From assembly GCA_018062965.1 (NCBI GenBank), contig JAGORG010000001.1, positions 71,488 through 135,487 of the forward strand: 64,000 nucleotides of DNA, in the 5' to 3' direction. The notes beneath the pieces are model-generated. The model ran no database searches. It was not told the DNA's origin and saw only the letters and a program-made list of their open reading frames with translations. This document shows positions 9,470 through 18,347 of this stretch, piece after piece. The translations under genes and the position numbers were made by a program. Source of the stretch: Minisyncoccota bacterium (GTDB lineage Bacteria; Patescibacteriota; Minisyncoccia; Phycocordibacterales; UBA5272). The number at the start of each line of letters is the position of its first letter. The first letter of the stretch is position 1.

Positions 9470-11029
9470 TTACACCTTGTCTTCGTAAAGTCGTGGTCGA
9501 TATTGAAACGCTTCCAAGATGTGACGTTCTTCTACAGATGGAGAGTATTCAAGATCTGCAATAGAACGTGCAACACGAAGTACTCTGTGATATGAACGAG
9601 GAGAAAGAGCGTATTGTGTTGCTATGTTTTTCATAGAAGCAAGCGCCTGAGATGATAGTTGCGCATGAGCATCTATATCATGTGGAGGTATTTCCTTGTT
9701 TGAATGTATGTGAGAAAGTCCCAATGCTAAGAACCGCTCTCTTCCAAAAGCACGCGCTTTTTGTACGCGATCACGAATAACATCACTCCCCTCACCGACA
9801 TGAGCATGAGAAAGTGTGTCATAGTCTACATGAAGCACAGGCACCCATATATCGATACGGTCAACAATTGGACCTGAGAGTTTGCGTGCGTAGCGTTCTA
9901 TGTCTCCTCGGGTGCATGTGCAGCGTTTAACTTTACTCCCCATGTATCCGCACGGGCATGGGTTCATTGCTGCGACAACAGTACAAGATGCAGGAAATGT
10001 ATATGTTCCTTTTGCTCGTGAAACAACGATCTGCCCACCTTCGAGTGGTTCACGAAGAGATTCGATAACGCGTTTATCAAATTCTGGAAACTCATCCAAA
10101 AAAAGCACACCACGATGAGCAAGAGTAACTTCGCCAGGGCGTGGGTTTGCTCCACCACCGACAATAGAAACATAAGAAGACGTATGATGTGGGCTTCGAA
10201 AAGGCGGGTGTGTAATGATGGCTCCTCCTCCACGTGTTACAGAGTGAATACGAGTTACTTCTACTACCTCTTCTTTTGATAACGGTGGAAGTAGCCCAGT
10301 GAATGCTCGAGCAAGCATAGTCTTTCCTGTTCCGGGTGGTCCATACAAAGCTATGTTATGTCCCCCAAGAGCAGCTATCTCAAGAGCTCGTTTTGCATGT
10401 TCTTGTCCGCGGATGTCTTTGATATCAAGATAAAAATCTGGGCGAACGTATGCAACCTCTTCTTGGGGCGCAACCAGAAGTTCTCTATGTGGAGATGTGT
10501 CATCATCGAGTAGTCCATTAAAATGCTTAACCACGTCACGTAGATTGCGGCAGCCGTATATAGTAAGTCCCTCGACCAAGAGCGCTTCGCGAACATTGTC
10601 TTCTGGGATGTAGAGTGTGCGTATACCGTGCTCACGTGCAGCGCTTGCAAGTGCGAGCATACCTCGCATCGGGAGTATATCTCCAGTGAGAGAAAGCTCC
10701 CCTACAAACCATGTATCAGATGGTTCCCCTACAATTTGTTTTGTTGCAAAGAGGTACGCGAGTGTAATAGGAAGGTCAAAATATGAACCCTCTTTTTTAA
10801 CATCTGCTGGAGCGAGTGAGACAGTTACTTTATGGTTTTCTGTTTTTGGATTTCGTAGTCCAGTATTTTTAAGGGCAGCTACGATTCTGTCTTTACTCTC
10901 GTCGATTGCTTTATCTGGAAGTCCAACAATGGAAAATGAGTAGAGTCCAGGAGATACATCTACCTCGACACGAACAGGTTCACCGTGAAGGATATTAATA
11001 TACGCGCTTCGTACTGTTGTTACACTCAT
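9470..11029 (-). CDS. comM: YifB/ComM family Mg-chelatase-like AAA+ ATPase
   Basis: N-terminal Lon-protease-like region, AAA+ Walker A LYGPPGTGKTML, and a C-terminal region typical of ComM/YifB. 519 aa. Confidence 0.9.
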   Translation of the reverse strand: MSVTTVRSAYINILHGEPVRVEVDVSPGLYSFSIVGLPDKAIDESKDRIVAALKNTGLRNPKTENHKVTVSLAPADVKKEGSYFDLPITLAYLFATKQIVGEPSDTWFVGELSLTGDILPMRGMLALASAAREHGIRTLYIPEDNVREALLVEGLTIYGCRNLRDVVKHFNGLLDDDTSPHRELLVAPQEEVAYVRPDFYLDIKDIRGQEHAKRALEIAALGGHNIALYGPPGTGKTMLARAFTGLLPPLSKEEVVEVTRIHSVTRGGGAIITHPPFRSPHHTSSYVSIVGGGANPRPGEVTLAHRGVLFLDEFPEFDKRVIESLREPLEGGQIVVSRAKGTYTFPASCTVVAAMNPCPCGYMGSKVKRCTCTRGDIERYARKLSGPIVDRIDIWVPVLHVDYDTLSHAHVGEGSDVIRDRVQKARAFGRERFLALGLSHIHSNKEIPPHDIDAHAQLSSQALASMKNIATQYALSPRSYHRVLRVARSIADLEYSPSVEERHILEAFQYRPRLYEDKV

Positions 11030-11650
11030 TTATTTCAGTATACCACTGCGTAGTACGAGCAACCCTTCGGCTGTTGGTGAGATAAGCAATGTGTTTGTTC
11101 CAACAAAACCATACACTACAGTTGTAGAACCAAGTGTTCCAACGCGCATGTTTTGATTTGATTTTGTGAGGTCACTAAAAACAAACATGTCCCCTGGGTT
11201 AGGTTTAAGTATTTTCATACCAAATGATTCTGCGATATTTTCTCCAAAGAGTGCCTCGTTTCGAATGATGTAAGCAAGCACAGGAGAGTAATCACTTATG
11301 GTTATGACATATCCAGGTTCTTTCTTTTCTGTTTGTATGACAAATCGCCCAATTGCATCTTCAAGTCCAGGAAATACTCCGCGAAATGTTGTTGTGGTTG
11401 GTTGTTCTACGACTTGAGTTGGTGGAATATATGCGTCTTTTTGGAAAACATAATAGCCATACCCAAGTCCGATAAGAAGAATAACTATACCAATACCTGC
11501 TATCAAAAATGAGGCAGACTTTTTTTCTTCTGGAACGGTGTTAGTGAGTTCGCCTCCTGTTGCAGCGATTGTTGTGATGTTTGCCTCTTTGCGTTTTATC
11601 TCTTCAGAGATATCGTGTTCAAACGTTTCTATTTTAGGTGTTGCGTCCAT
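11030..11650 (-). CDS. Hypothetical single-pass membrane protein
   Basis: 206-aa ORF whose stop abuts the comM start. TM segment FLIAGIGIVILLIGLGYGYYVF. Confidence 0.55.
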   Translation of the reverse strand: MDATPKIETFEHDISEEIKRKEANITTIAATGGELTNTVPEEKKSASFLIAGIGIVILLIGLGYGYYVFQKDAYIPPTQVVEQPTTTTFRGVFPGLEDAIGRFVIQTEKKEPGYVITISDYSPVLAYIIRNEALFGENIAESFGMKILKPNPGDMFVFSDLTKSNQNMRVGTLGSTTVVYGFVGTNTLLISPTAEGLLVLRSGILK

Positions 11651-11725
11651 CTATACAGTATAGCAGGAGGTTTTTGTAGGTATAAAGAAACAGGAGCGAT
11701 GTCGTAGACATCGCTCCTGTTTCTT

Positions 11726-12331
11726 TTATTCTCCAGGAACTATTCCTAGGTTTTCATCCGAGTATTCTTCGACATGTGGCTGCTTTTTGCCGCTACGAAC
11801 TTTTTTGATCGGGCGACGAGTTCTGTAACCAATGAGGAATTTTTCAGGGTGGTCGCACATATCGATAAAGTCTTCACACGCTTCTCGAAGTTTTGTAGAA
11901 GATGATCTTCCAAAAGAAATAACTTCTACCTGCACACCAAAGTGCTCTTTGAGAAATGTTACAAGAGGCACAAAGTCTCCATCCCCTGTTGCCAGGATAA
12001 TGGTGTCTACTTTTGGTGCGAGACGTATTGCGTCCACCGCAAGTCCCACATCCCAATCTGCTTTCTTTGCTCCGCCATAAAAGATTTGAAGGTCTTTTGT
12101 TTTGGTTTCGATGCCGATTTTTGTAAGAGCTTCAAAGAATTGTGTTTCATCCCCCGCTTCTGTGGTGATTACATACGCAAGTGCACGAATGAGTTTTCGT
12201 GTCCCTACAGATTCCTTCATGATCGCTCCGAAGTTCACTTTTGAATTATAAAGATTTTTTGCACTGTGATACAGATTTTGTGTATCGATAAAAACTGCGA
12301 CGCGCTGGTCGTTGTGTTTGATAACTGACAT
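11726..12331 (-). CDS. NYN-domain (LabA/DUF88-like, PIN-related) protein
   Basis: VAVFIDTQNLYHSAKNL...IILATGDGDFVPLV matches the NYN/LabA nuclease-fold signature. Confidence 0.75.
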   Translation of the reverse strand: MSVIKHNDQRVAVFIDTQNLYHSAKNLYNSKVNFGAIMKESVGTRKLIRALAYVITTEAGDETQFFEALTKIGIETKTKDLQIFYGGAKKADWDVGLAVDAIRLAPKVDTIILATGDGDFVPLVTFLKEHFGVQVEVISFGRSSSTKLREACEDFIDMCDHPEKFLIGYRTRRPIKKVRSGKKQPHVEEYSDENLGIVPGE

Positions 12332-12445
12332 ATTGATAGGTGATAGGCACTAGTTTGTAGTTGATAGTGTATATACAAAAATGCAACAACTACTGCCTTT
12401 TTAAAATTAAAAAATAGAAACCTATAGTTAGTATAGCGTACTACT

Positions 12446-12480
12446 AAAGTAAAGAGCGCCTGTTGGCGCTCTTTACTGTT
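12446..12480 (-). terminator. Hairpin immediately 3' of rpsO
   Basis: gtaaagagcgcc-tgtt-ggcgctctttac inverted repeat adjacent to the rpsO stop. Weak T-run. Confidence 0.4.
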
Positions 12481-12482
12481 GA

Positions 12483-12746
12483 TTACTTGAGTCCGAGCTT
12501 TGTAACAACAGCTGTATATCGCTTCTTGTTACTTGCTGCTAGATACTTGAGGTGAGTTCTGCGGTCAGCAACCATTTGGATAAGTCCACGACGAGAGTGA
12601 TTATCCTTCTTGTGTGTCTTCAAATGGTTTGTGAGTTCTGTAATTTTCTTCGTCAAAAGAGACACCTGAACCTCAGGAGATCCAGTATCTTTTTCGTGAA
12701 TTTGAACGTTTTTGATGGCTGTTGCCTTTTTTCGTGCCGAAAGCAT
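12483..12746 (-). CDS. rpsO: 30S ribosomal protein S15
   Basis: 87 aa. TGSPEVQVSLLTKKITELTNHLKTHKKDNHSRRGL is the conserved S15 core. Confidence 0.95.
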   Translation of the reverse strand: MLSARKKATAIKNVQIHEKDTGSPEVQVSLLTKKITELTNHLKTHKKDNHSRRGLIQMVADRRTHLKYLAASNKKRYTAVVTKLGLK

Positions 12747-12860
12747 AGTAGTGCTATTGATTAACTATAAAATATATTGTATCACACATCTCCAGAAAAA
12801 GCAAGCCCTCTTTAGGTTTTATATATCAAGTAAGATCTTCCCAGGATAACCTTGTAAATA

Positions 12861-12888
12861 TTGACATATTTGTATATTATAGTATAAT
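12861..12888 (+). promoter_or_regulatory. Consensus sigma70-type promoter (TTGACA-16 nt-TATAAT) for the HTH/GHKL gene pair, followed by CTAG-type palindromes
   Basis: TTGACA at 12861-12866 and TATAAT at 12883-12888. Downstream inverted repeats TCTAGTTTTTACTAGA and TTCTAGAA lie before the ATG at 12968. Confidence 0.55.
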
Positions 12889-12967
12889 GCAAACTAGGAT
12901 CTAGTTTTTACTAGAACTGGGTTTCTGTACATTTACAACCTCATTGTTCTAGAAAGGACAATACATC

Positions 12968-13705
12968 ATGAGTTCAGTAAAGATCACTGGTCCGTTTGTG
13001 GACATTTTGAAGCAGTTTTCACTGGAACATCGCCTTGGTCACGGGGAAGCTGGCAATAGCGAGCGTCTCGCGGTCTTGTGTAATGTGTTGGACGCTCCGC
13101 GCTCAACAGTTGAAAACTGGTTCAAAAACGACATCACACCCACCTCTGGAAATATGCGCAAAGTTGAACTAATGCTCTCTTTGTGTGGGTATGAATCAGA
13201 AGAACGAAGAAGTTTTTCCCCGATGATTCGCCTCTTTGTTGACACACTTACCACTACGGTTTCTATTGAAGAAGCCGCCCAACAGTTGGGTGGCACTTCG
13301 GAGAATATCAAGAACTGGGTTCGCGGCACAAGTCAACCCAAAAATGTGCAAGACATCATTGCTTTCAACGACTTGCATACCAGTCAACGTGTCGCCAAAG
13401 TCAAAGAGTGGCGTCGTTGTCTTGAGGATGGTGGCTTTATTGTTGCGGTATCGAAAACCGAAGAAGTAGTTTTGGTAAAAGCAACTTCGGTTCCTGGTGA
13501 GAACGAGAAAGTCGACATGCAACAAATTGATCAAGCGATTGCTCACCAAGCGAAAGCCTTGCTTTCGATGATTCGTTCCTCTGACGTTCTTGCGAACGGC
13601 GCGAGAAAAAAAACCATCCGCCAAGCTGTCGGTTACGACGACTTGGCAAAGCTTGTTGGGGATCTTCAACGGATCTCTATGGCAGACTTCAACTTTACAA
13701 ACTGA
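12968..13705 (+). CDS. Hypothetical protein with two HTH-like segments, the upstream partner of the GHKL ATPase
   Basis: Segments LAVLCNVLDAPRSTVENWFKNDITPTSGNMRKVELML and AAQQLGGTSENIKNWVRGTSQPKNVQDII resemble XRE-type HTH (my reading, not profile-verified). GC is elevated compared with flanking genes. Confidence 0.55.
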   Translation: MSSVKITGPFVDILKQFSLEHRLGHGEAGNSERLAVLCNVLDAPRSTVENWFKNDITPTSGNMRKVELMLSLCGYESEERRSFSPMIRLFVDTLTTTVSIEEAAQQLGGTSENIKNWVRGTSQPKNVQDIIAFNDLHTSQRVAKVKEWRRCLEDGGFIVAVSKTEEVVLVKATSVPGENEKVDMQQIDQAIAHQAKALLSMIRSSDVLANGARKKTIRQAVGYDDLAKLVGDLQRISMADFNFTN

Positions 13706-13716
13706 GGAGAATAGTA

Positions 13717-15375
13717 ATGAACCAAAAGCGACAACAAGTTACATCAGCTGTACTCCGTCCCCATCGTATGGGGTTGGTGTTCAAATCTGTTGCGGATACG
13801 TACCCAACCCTCCGACTCAGCATTCAGGAGCTTATTCAGAACTCTATTGACGTTGACGCCAAAAACATCGAAGTCATCATTAACGCGCAAGGCAACTTCG
13901 TGGTTGTGCATGACAACGGTTCTGGTGCAACGAAGAATGACTTCAATCAAGCACTGCAGTCTGTCCTCAAGTCAAGCAAAGACAAAGACAAGTTCGGCCG
14001 CTTTGGTCGTGGTACCATCTCCCCACTTACAAAGTGCAGGGAGTTTACCTTTATGTCACGCGGCAGGACGGGCCCCTCCCACAGATGGACGTTCCATTGC
14101 AAGGAGATTCTGGAGTCAGAAGACTTTCCTCAGATCCCTTGCGAAGACGTTGGTTCTGGGGGTGGTCAGTGGTGGCGTACGGAAGTACAGCTCAAAGGGG
14201 TCAAGTTTTCTGAAGACGCCGTAAAATACGCGGTTAACCTTGAGGAACTAAAGAATGCCGTTCTGGCAAGCTTTGCGACCCGCATGCGCAAGCTGGGAAC
14301 TGTCGTCAGAATGGCTTATCAACCCGCAAGCGGTAAAGTGCAGGAGCTAACATTTTCTGCCAAGTCCTACGGCGGTGAGAAGCTTCCTGTATGGGTGTCA
14401 GAAGACGAAACGCCCGCTGGGAAAGTCTGCATCAGTCTTTATCTGAACACGAAAGGAACTTCGCCTATACCGATTACTATCGGGCAAACGAGTGATCCTT
14501 TCCGGGTGGACTGGAAAACCTTCTACGCTTCGGTTAACTCGTTTGCAAAACAAAACAAGCGGGTGACCTTCGATACAAGCGGTAAAGAGATCAACGACCT
14601 TTTCAGGTCCGGTCTGCTTACTGGTGAAATTGAGTGTGAGAACATCACGATTCATCCTGAACGTGAGAAGTTCGAGCGCAATGAAGCACTCGACTACTTC
14701 GTGATGATCCTCGAAGAGTGGTTTCAGAAAGTTGGTAAAGATATCTACGCACAAGCGCAGATTCGAGCAAAATCAACCCTGTACCAGGAAGCGGCGCTCG
14801 AAGCAACTAGACGCATCGAAAACCACCCGCTTGTGGCTGAGTTCCTCAAGATGGTGAAGTTTGGTACTGTTGGCAAGGGACACGCTTCGGTGAACGCAAA
14901 GCCGGTCGGTGAAGTTACTTCTTCGTCGGTCAACCTTGGTCGCGATCAAGGTAAAGGCACAAGTGTTCCTGAGGAAGGTTCTACGGTCAACGGTCCGAAC
15001 GATAAGGTCACACGGCCGGGCCAAGTCCCTCTTGTGGTCGACGGACCTGAAGGTTCCAAGCGTACGATTGTGCGCGGGGAAAGCAAAGGGCTGCGTATCG
15101 CTATCGAACCTTTCCCAGGGTTTGGTGGAGTTGAAGCGCCGCTCTTTAAGATGCAGGTGGAAGCTGGGCTTGTAATCATTAACCAGCTTGCTCCTTCCTT
15201 CAACTCTTGTGCAGACCGAGGCAAAAGCCCTTTGCATCGTTACATCGACATGGTCATTGTGGCTGCCCTGCAGTCGACGGTTGCTATGGACCCCACAAGG
15301 GTTCAGAGTGATCTCGAGCAGTACATCCGCTATACCAATACCGCTTTTTTGCGGGGTGACCAGAGAGAACTGTAA
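13717..15375 (+). CDS. GHKL-superfamily ATPase, MORC/HATPase_c_3-like (Bergerat fold) with a large C-terminal region of unknown function
   Basis: N box ELIQNSIDVDAKNIEV, G1 box VVHDNGSGATKNDF and G2 box GRFGRGTIS occur in the canonical order. About 55-58% GC in sampled 60-nt windows against about 40% in nearby host genes. Confidence 0.7.
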   Translation: MNQKRQQVTSAVLRPHRMGLVFKSVADTYPTLRLSIQELIQNSIDVDAKNIEVIINAQGNFVVVHDNGSGATKNDFNQALQSVLKSSKDKDKFGRFGRGTISPLTKCREFTFMSRGRTGPSHRWTFHCKEILESEDFPQIPCEDVGSGGGQWWRTEVQLKGVKFSEDAVKYAVNLEELKNAVLASFATRMRKLGTVVRMAYQPASGKVQELTFSAKSYGGEKLPVWVSEDETPAGKVCISLYLNTKGTSPIPITIGQTSDPFRVDWKTFYASVNSFAKQNKRVTFDTSGKEINDLFRSGLLTGEIECENITIHPEREKFERNEALDYFVMILEEWFQKVGKDIYAQAQIRAKSTLYQEAALEATRRIENHPLVAEFLKMVKFGTVGKGHASVNAKPVGEVTSSSVNLGRDQGKGTSVPEEGSTVNGPNDKVTRPGQVPLVVDGPEGSKRTIVRGESKGLRIAIEPFPGFGGVEAPLFKMQVEAGLVIINQLAPSFNSCADRGKSPLHRYIDMVIVAALQSTVAMDPTRVQSDLEQYIRYTNTAFLRGDQREL

Positions 15376-15399
15376 TCGGCGCAATGCCAGTTACCAACA

Positions 15400-15430
15400 A
15401 AACGCCAGTGCAATGCTGGCGTTTTTTTTA
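15400..15430 (+). terminator. Intrinsic terminator after the GHKL ATPase gene
   Basis: cgccagtgcaatgctggcg hairpin followed by an 8-T run. Confidence 0.7.
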
Positions 15431-15479
15431 TTTTCTACCCACACAGTATTGTGCGACATTCGTAGTACACTTTATAGTA

Positions 15480-16424
15480 ATGAACAGTCTCGGCAGTTTA
15501 AAAGCAGATTTTCTCCAATATATCGAAATCGAAAAGGGTCGCAGTGCGCTCACTGTGCGAAATTATGACCACTATCTAACGCGTTTCCTTGAATTTGTAC
15601 AAGTAGAGTCCCCTGCTGATGTAACTGAAAGCATGATGCGCGAATATCGTGTTTATTTGAACCGACATCCGGCACGCGCTGCAAAAAAAGGTCAACCAGT
15701 GGAAACACTCGATAAAAAAACACAAAACTATCACTTGATTGCTCTTCGTGCGTTTCTCAAATATATTCGTAGACGAGGTGTGCAAGGATATGACCCTGAA
15801 CGCATTGAGCTTGCAAAAACAAGTGCACGAGAGCTTGATCTCATTTCTGAAAAAGAACTCACAAACCTACTAAACGCACCAGATACGAGTACAATCGTTG
15901 GTTTGCGTGACAAGGCAATACTTGAGCTCTTTTTCTCAACCGGGCTTCGTGTGTCTGAGCTGTGCTCACTTGATAGGGATACTGACTTCCACACAAGCGA
16001 AATCTCTGTTCGTGGAAAAGGTGGCAAAATCCGTGTTGTGTTTATTTCAGAAGCAGCAGCACAAGCGGTAAAAAAATATCTACAAGCCCGTGTTGATATC
16101 GATGAAGCGATGTTTGTAGACCACTCCCCTCGTGCAGCGGCTCGCATGGTAAAAGAAGAGTCTATTCGCCTAACACCGCGTTCTATTGAGCGTATGGTAG
16201 AAAAATGTGCGACGCTCGCTGGTATTTCTAAAAAATGCACTCCGCATGTGATACGACACTCGTTTGCGACAGATCTTTTGTACAATGGTGCAGACTTGCG
16301 TACGGTGCAGATGATGCTTGGGCATGCGTCCATTGCAACGACTCAGATTTATACGAATGTGACCAACAAGTTTTTGCGCGACCAATTTGAAAAATTTCAC
16401 TCAAAGCGAGGTGCAAAGGAGTAA
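15480..16424 (+). CDS. xerD: Tyrosine site-specific recombinase (XerC/XerD-like integrase family)
   Basis: C-terminal catalytic signature HVIRHSFATDLLYNGADLRTVQMMLGHASIATTQIYTNV (R..H..R..Y). N-terminal core-binding-like region. Start placed at MNSLGSLKADF (in frame with the 15384 ORF). Confidence 0.82.
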   Translation: MNSLGSLKADFLQYIEIEKGRSALTVRNYDHYLTRFLEFVQVESPADVTESMMREYRVYLNRHPARAAKKGQPVETLDKKTQNYHLIALRAFLKYIRRRGVQGYDPERIELAKTSARELDLISEKELTNLLNAPDTSTIVGLRDKAILELFFSTGLRVSELCSLDRDTDFHTSEISVRGKGGKIRVVFISEAAAQAVKKYLQARVDIDEAMFVDHSPRAAARMVKEESIRLTPRSIERMVEKCATLAGISKKCTPHVIRHSFATDLLYNGADLRTVQMMLGHASIATTQIYTNVTNKFLRDQFEKFHSKRGAKE

Positions 16425-16536
16425 GTTGCTGATTTTTCTTGTGGTGATAGTATACGATTACGCCCGCTTTCTTTTCCGTGCTACAAGGTATAGTAGAAGG
16501 CTATGCAGTACAAACGTTTTTATGCGGAACTGTTAA

Positions 16537-16953
16537 GTGTGGCGTCCATATACACAAAGGAGATTATCTATGGATACTTCATGGTCTCACACCGTGGAAC
16601 AAATGGATGCTCTCCGTGACATTGGTCTGAAGCATCTTGATATCGTTAAAGTGTGGTCGATGTTGCCGGGGTTTGAAGAGCGGTTTGCTCTCCGGGGTAA
16701 AACTCGTCTCATGGCATTGTGTCGATTCCACAATGAAAAGACACCATCACTTCGTATTTGGCCAAAGAGTCGACGCTTTATGTGTCATGGGTGCCAGGAG
16801 ACGGGCGATGCGCTTTATCTGCTTAAAGTTTTTGAGAAATGTTGCATTGATTCAGAAGAGCTGAGACATCTTTCTCCTCTACGTCGCCAAGAAGAAGTCA
16901 TGTTCTTTAAAAATACACTTGAGAAATATCTCAGGCGTCGCATTTTTCTCTAA
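16537..16953 (+). CDS. Stand-alone CHC2 zinc-finger protein (DnaG primase N-terminal zinc-binding domain-like). Start may be the downstream Met at 16570.
   Basis: ALCRFHNEKTPSLRIWPKSRRFMCHGCQETGDALYLL matches the CPFH-EKTPSF...C-GCG zinc-finger pattern of primase N-termini. Confidence 0.6.
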   Translation: MWRPYTQRRLSMDTSWSHTVEQMDALRDIGLKHLDIVKVWSMLPGFEERFALRGKTRLMALCRFHNEKTPSLRIWPKSRRFMCHGCQETGDALYLLKVFEKCCIDSEELRHLSPLRRQEEVMFFKNTLEKYLRRRIFL

Positions 16954-16976
16954 AAGCCCATACGGGCTTTTTTTTA
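16953..16976 (+). terminator. Intrinsic terminator
   Basis: aagcccatacgggctt hairpin plus a T-run. Confidence 0.65.
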
Positions 16977-17024
16977 TTTGAAACAGATTGAAGTAGTATT
17001 GACACATGTAACATATGTATGTAG

Positions 17025-17040
17025 TGTACTAGCTAGTACA
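17025..17040. promoter_or_regulatory. Perfect 16-bp palindrome TGTACTAGCTAGTACA overlapping the putative -10 of the 17067 gene (operator-like)
   Basis: TTGACA at 16999-17004, 17-nt spacer, TAGTGT, then the palindrome. The ACTAGGA motif is shared with the 12890-12905 region. Confidence 0.45.
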
Positions 17041-17066
17041 AGTTCTTATTTACTAGGAGTTTTTCC

Positions 17067-17468
17067 ATGAACATGACCGCCACCCCCACTGAAGACGAAC
17101 TTACTCTTGTTGCAGCAAAGTTTTTCAACATGGTCACGCTGCTATTCCTTTTGGGTAAAACACCAGAAGAAATCAAGGAAATGTGTGAACACTACTTTGA
17201 TCTTGTTATGAAGCATGCTGACACAGCAAAAGTGCATGTGTTTGTTGATGAAGCAGGGCGTCAACTTAAAGAAGTGTACGTCTCTTTCTCAGATGAACAG
17301 ATGAATGCGGTCAAGGAGTCGCTTGAGTCGTTTAGCCAAAGGCACCCAAACATTCTCGCGCAAGGTGACGCCTTTTTAACAACGAGCTTTGCTCAGTTTA
17401 ACGAGGCCTATCAGTCGTCTTCAGTGCTTATTCAGTGGGTTGATCTACCAGACTTTTCTGGAATCTGA
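17067..17468 (+). CDS. Hypothetical protein
   Basis: 133-aa ORF with the promoter/operator above and an SD-like aggag before the ATG. Confidence 0.5.
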   Translation: MNMTATPTEDELTLVAAKFFNMVTLLFLLGKTPEEIKEMCEHYFDLVMKHADTAKVHVFVDEAGRQLKEVYVSFSDEQMNAVKESLESFSQRHPNILAQGDAFLTTSFAQFNEAYQSSSVLIQWVDLPDFSGI

Positions 17469-17531
17469 TACCATCTGATTTTCCAAAAAGCGTACCCATG
17501 TGCGCTTTTTTATTTTGCTATACTAAGGTGT

Positions 17532-18296
17532 ATGAAACTCATTTCTTGGAATGTAAACGGTATACGCGCAGCACATAAAAAAGGTGCGCTTGATGAGTTG
17601 TTTAAACTGAAAGCCGACATAATCGGTATTCAAGAAACGAAATGTACGCCGGACCAACTGACAGAAGCAGTCACGTCTCCAGCGGGGTATATGTCTTATT
17701 TTGATTCTGCAAAAGAGCGCAAAGGGTACTCTGGTGTTGCGGTGTACACAAAAGTGCAACCAGAAAAAGTAGAGTACGGGCTCGGAGATGATGAGTACGA
17801 CACAGAAGGTAGATGCCTCACGTTACACTTCAAAGACTTTGCATTTGTTACCTGTTATTTTCCAAACGGTGGGCGTGATGCAGAACACTTCAAGTACAAG
17901 ATTCGTTACTATGAAAAGTTTTTGGCACATGTGAAACAGCTCGAAGAAGAATATGGGAAAGTTATTTTTTGCGGGGACTTAAACGTTGCTCACAACGAAA
18001 TAGACCTTGCTCGTCCAAAAGAAAACGCCAACTCAATCGGGTTCCTCCCTGTTGAGCGTGCATGGGTTGATCGTGTTCAAGAATCTGGATTTATCGATAC
18101 GTTTCGTGCACTTCACCCTGAAACTGTCAGGTACAGTTGGTGGGATCAAAAGACAAGTTCCCGAGAGAGAAACGTTGGATGGAGAATTGATTATTTTTTT
18201 GTTAATGAAGCTCTGTTTGGAGATATTAAAAAGGCAGATATCTTGACGGATGTATATGGGAGTGATCATGCACCAGTGCTGCTTGAAATGAAATAA
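17532..18296 (+). CDS. xth: Exodeoxyribonuclease III (AP endonuclease)
   Basis: MKLISWNVNGIRA...IQETK...GDLNVAH...GSDHAP are the Xth/EEP family motifs. Confidence 0.9.
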   Translation: MKLISWNVNGIRAAHKKGALDELFKLKADIIGIQETKCTPDQLTEAVTSPAGYMSYFDSAKERKGYSGVAVYTKVQPEKVEYGLGDDEYDTEGRCLTLHFKDFAFVTCYFPNGGRDAEHFKYKIRYYEKFLAHVKQLEEEYGKVIFCGDLNVAHNEIDLARPKENANSIGFLPVERAWVDRVQESGFIDTFRALHPETVRYSWWDQKTSSRERNVGWRIDYFFVNEALFGDIKKADILTDVYGSDHAPVLLEMK

Positions 18297-18332
18297 AGAA
18301 AACGAGAGGCCGTAGGCCTCTCGTTTTCTTTA
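18297..18332. terminator. Bidirectional intrinsic terminator
   Basis: aaaacgagaggcc-gta-ggcctctcgtttt with flanking A/T runs. Confidence 0.7.
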
Positions 18333-18347
18333 TTTGTATAGGGCTTT

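Noticed and set aside
15384-15479. ORF-track start of the recombinase gene (MPVTNKTPVQCW...)
   Set aside because: That N-terminal extension overlaps the upstream terminator hairpin and T-run. The in-frame Met at 15480 (MNSLGSLKADF) fits recombinase N-termini.
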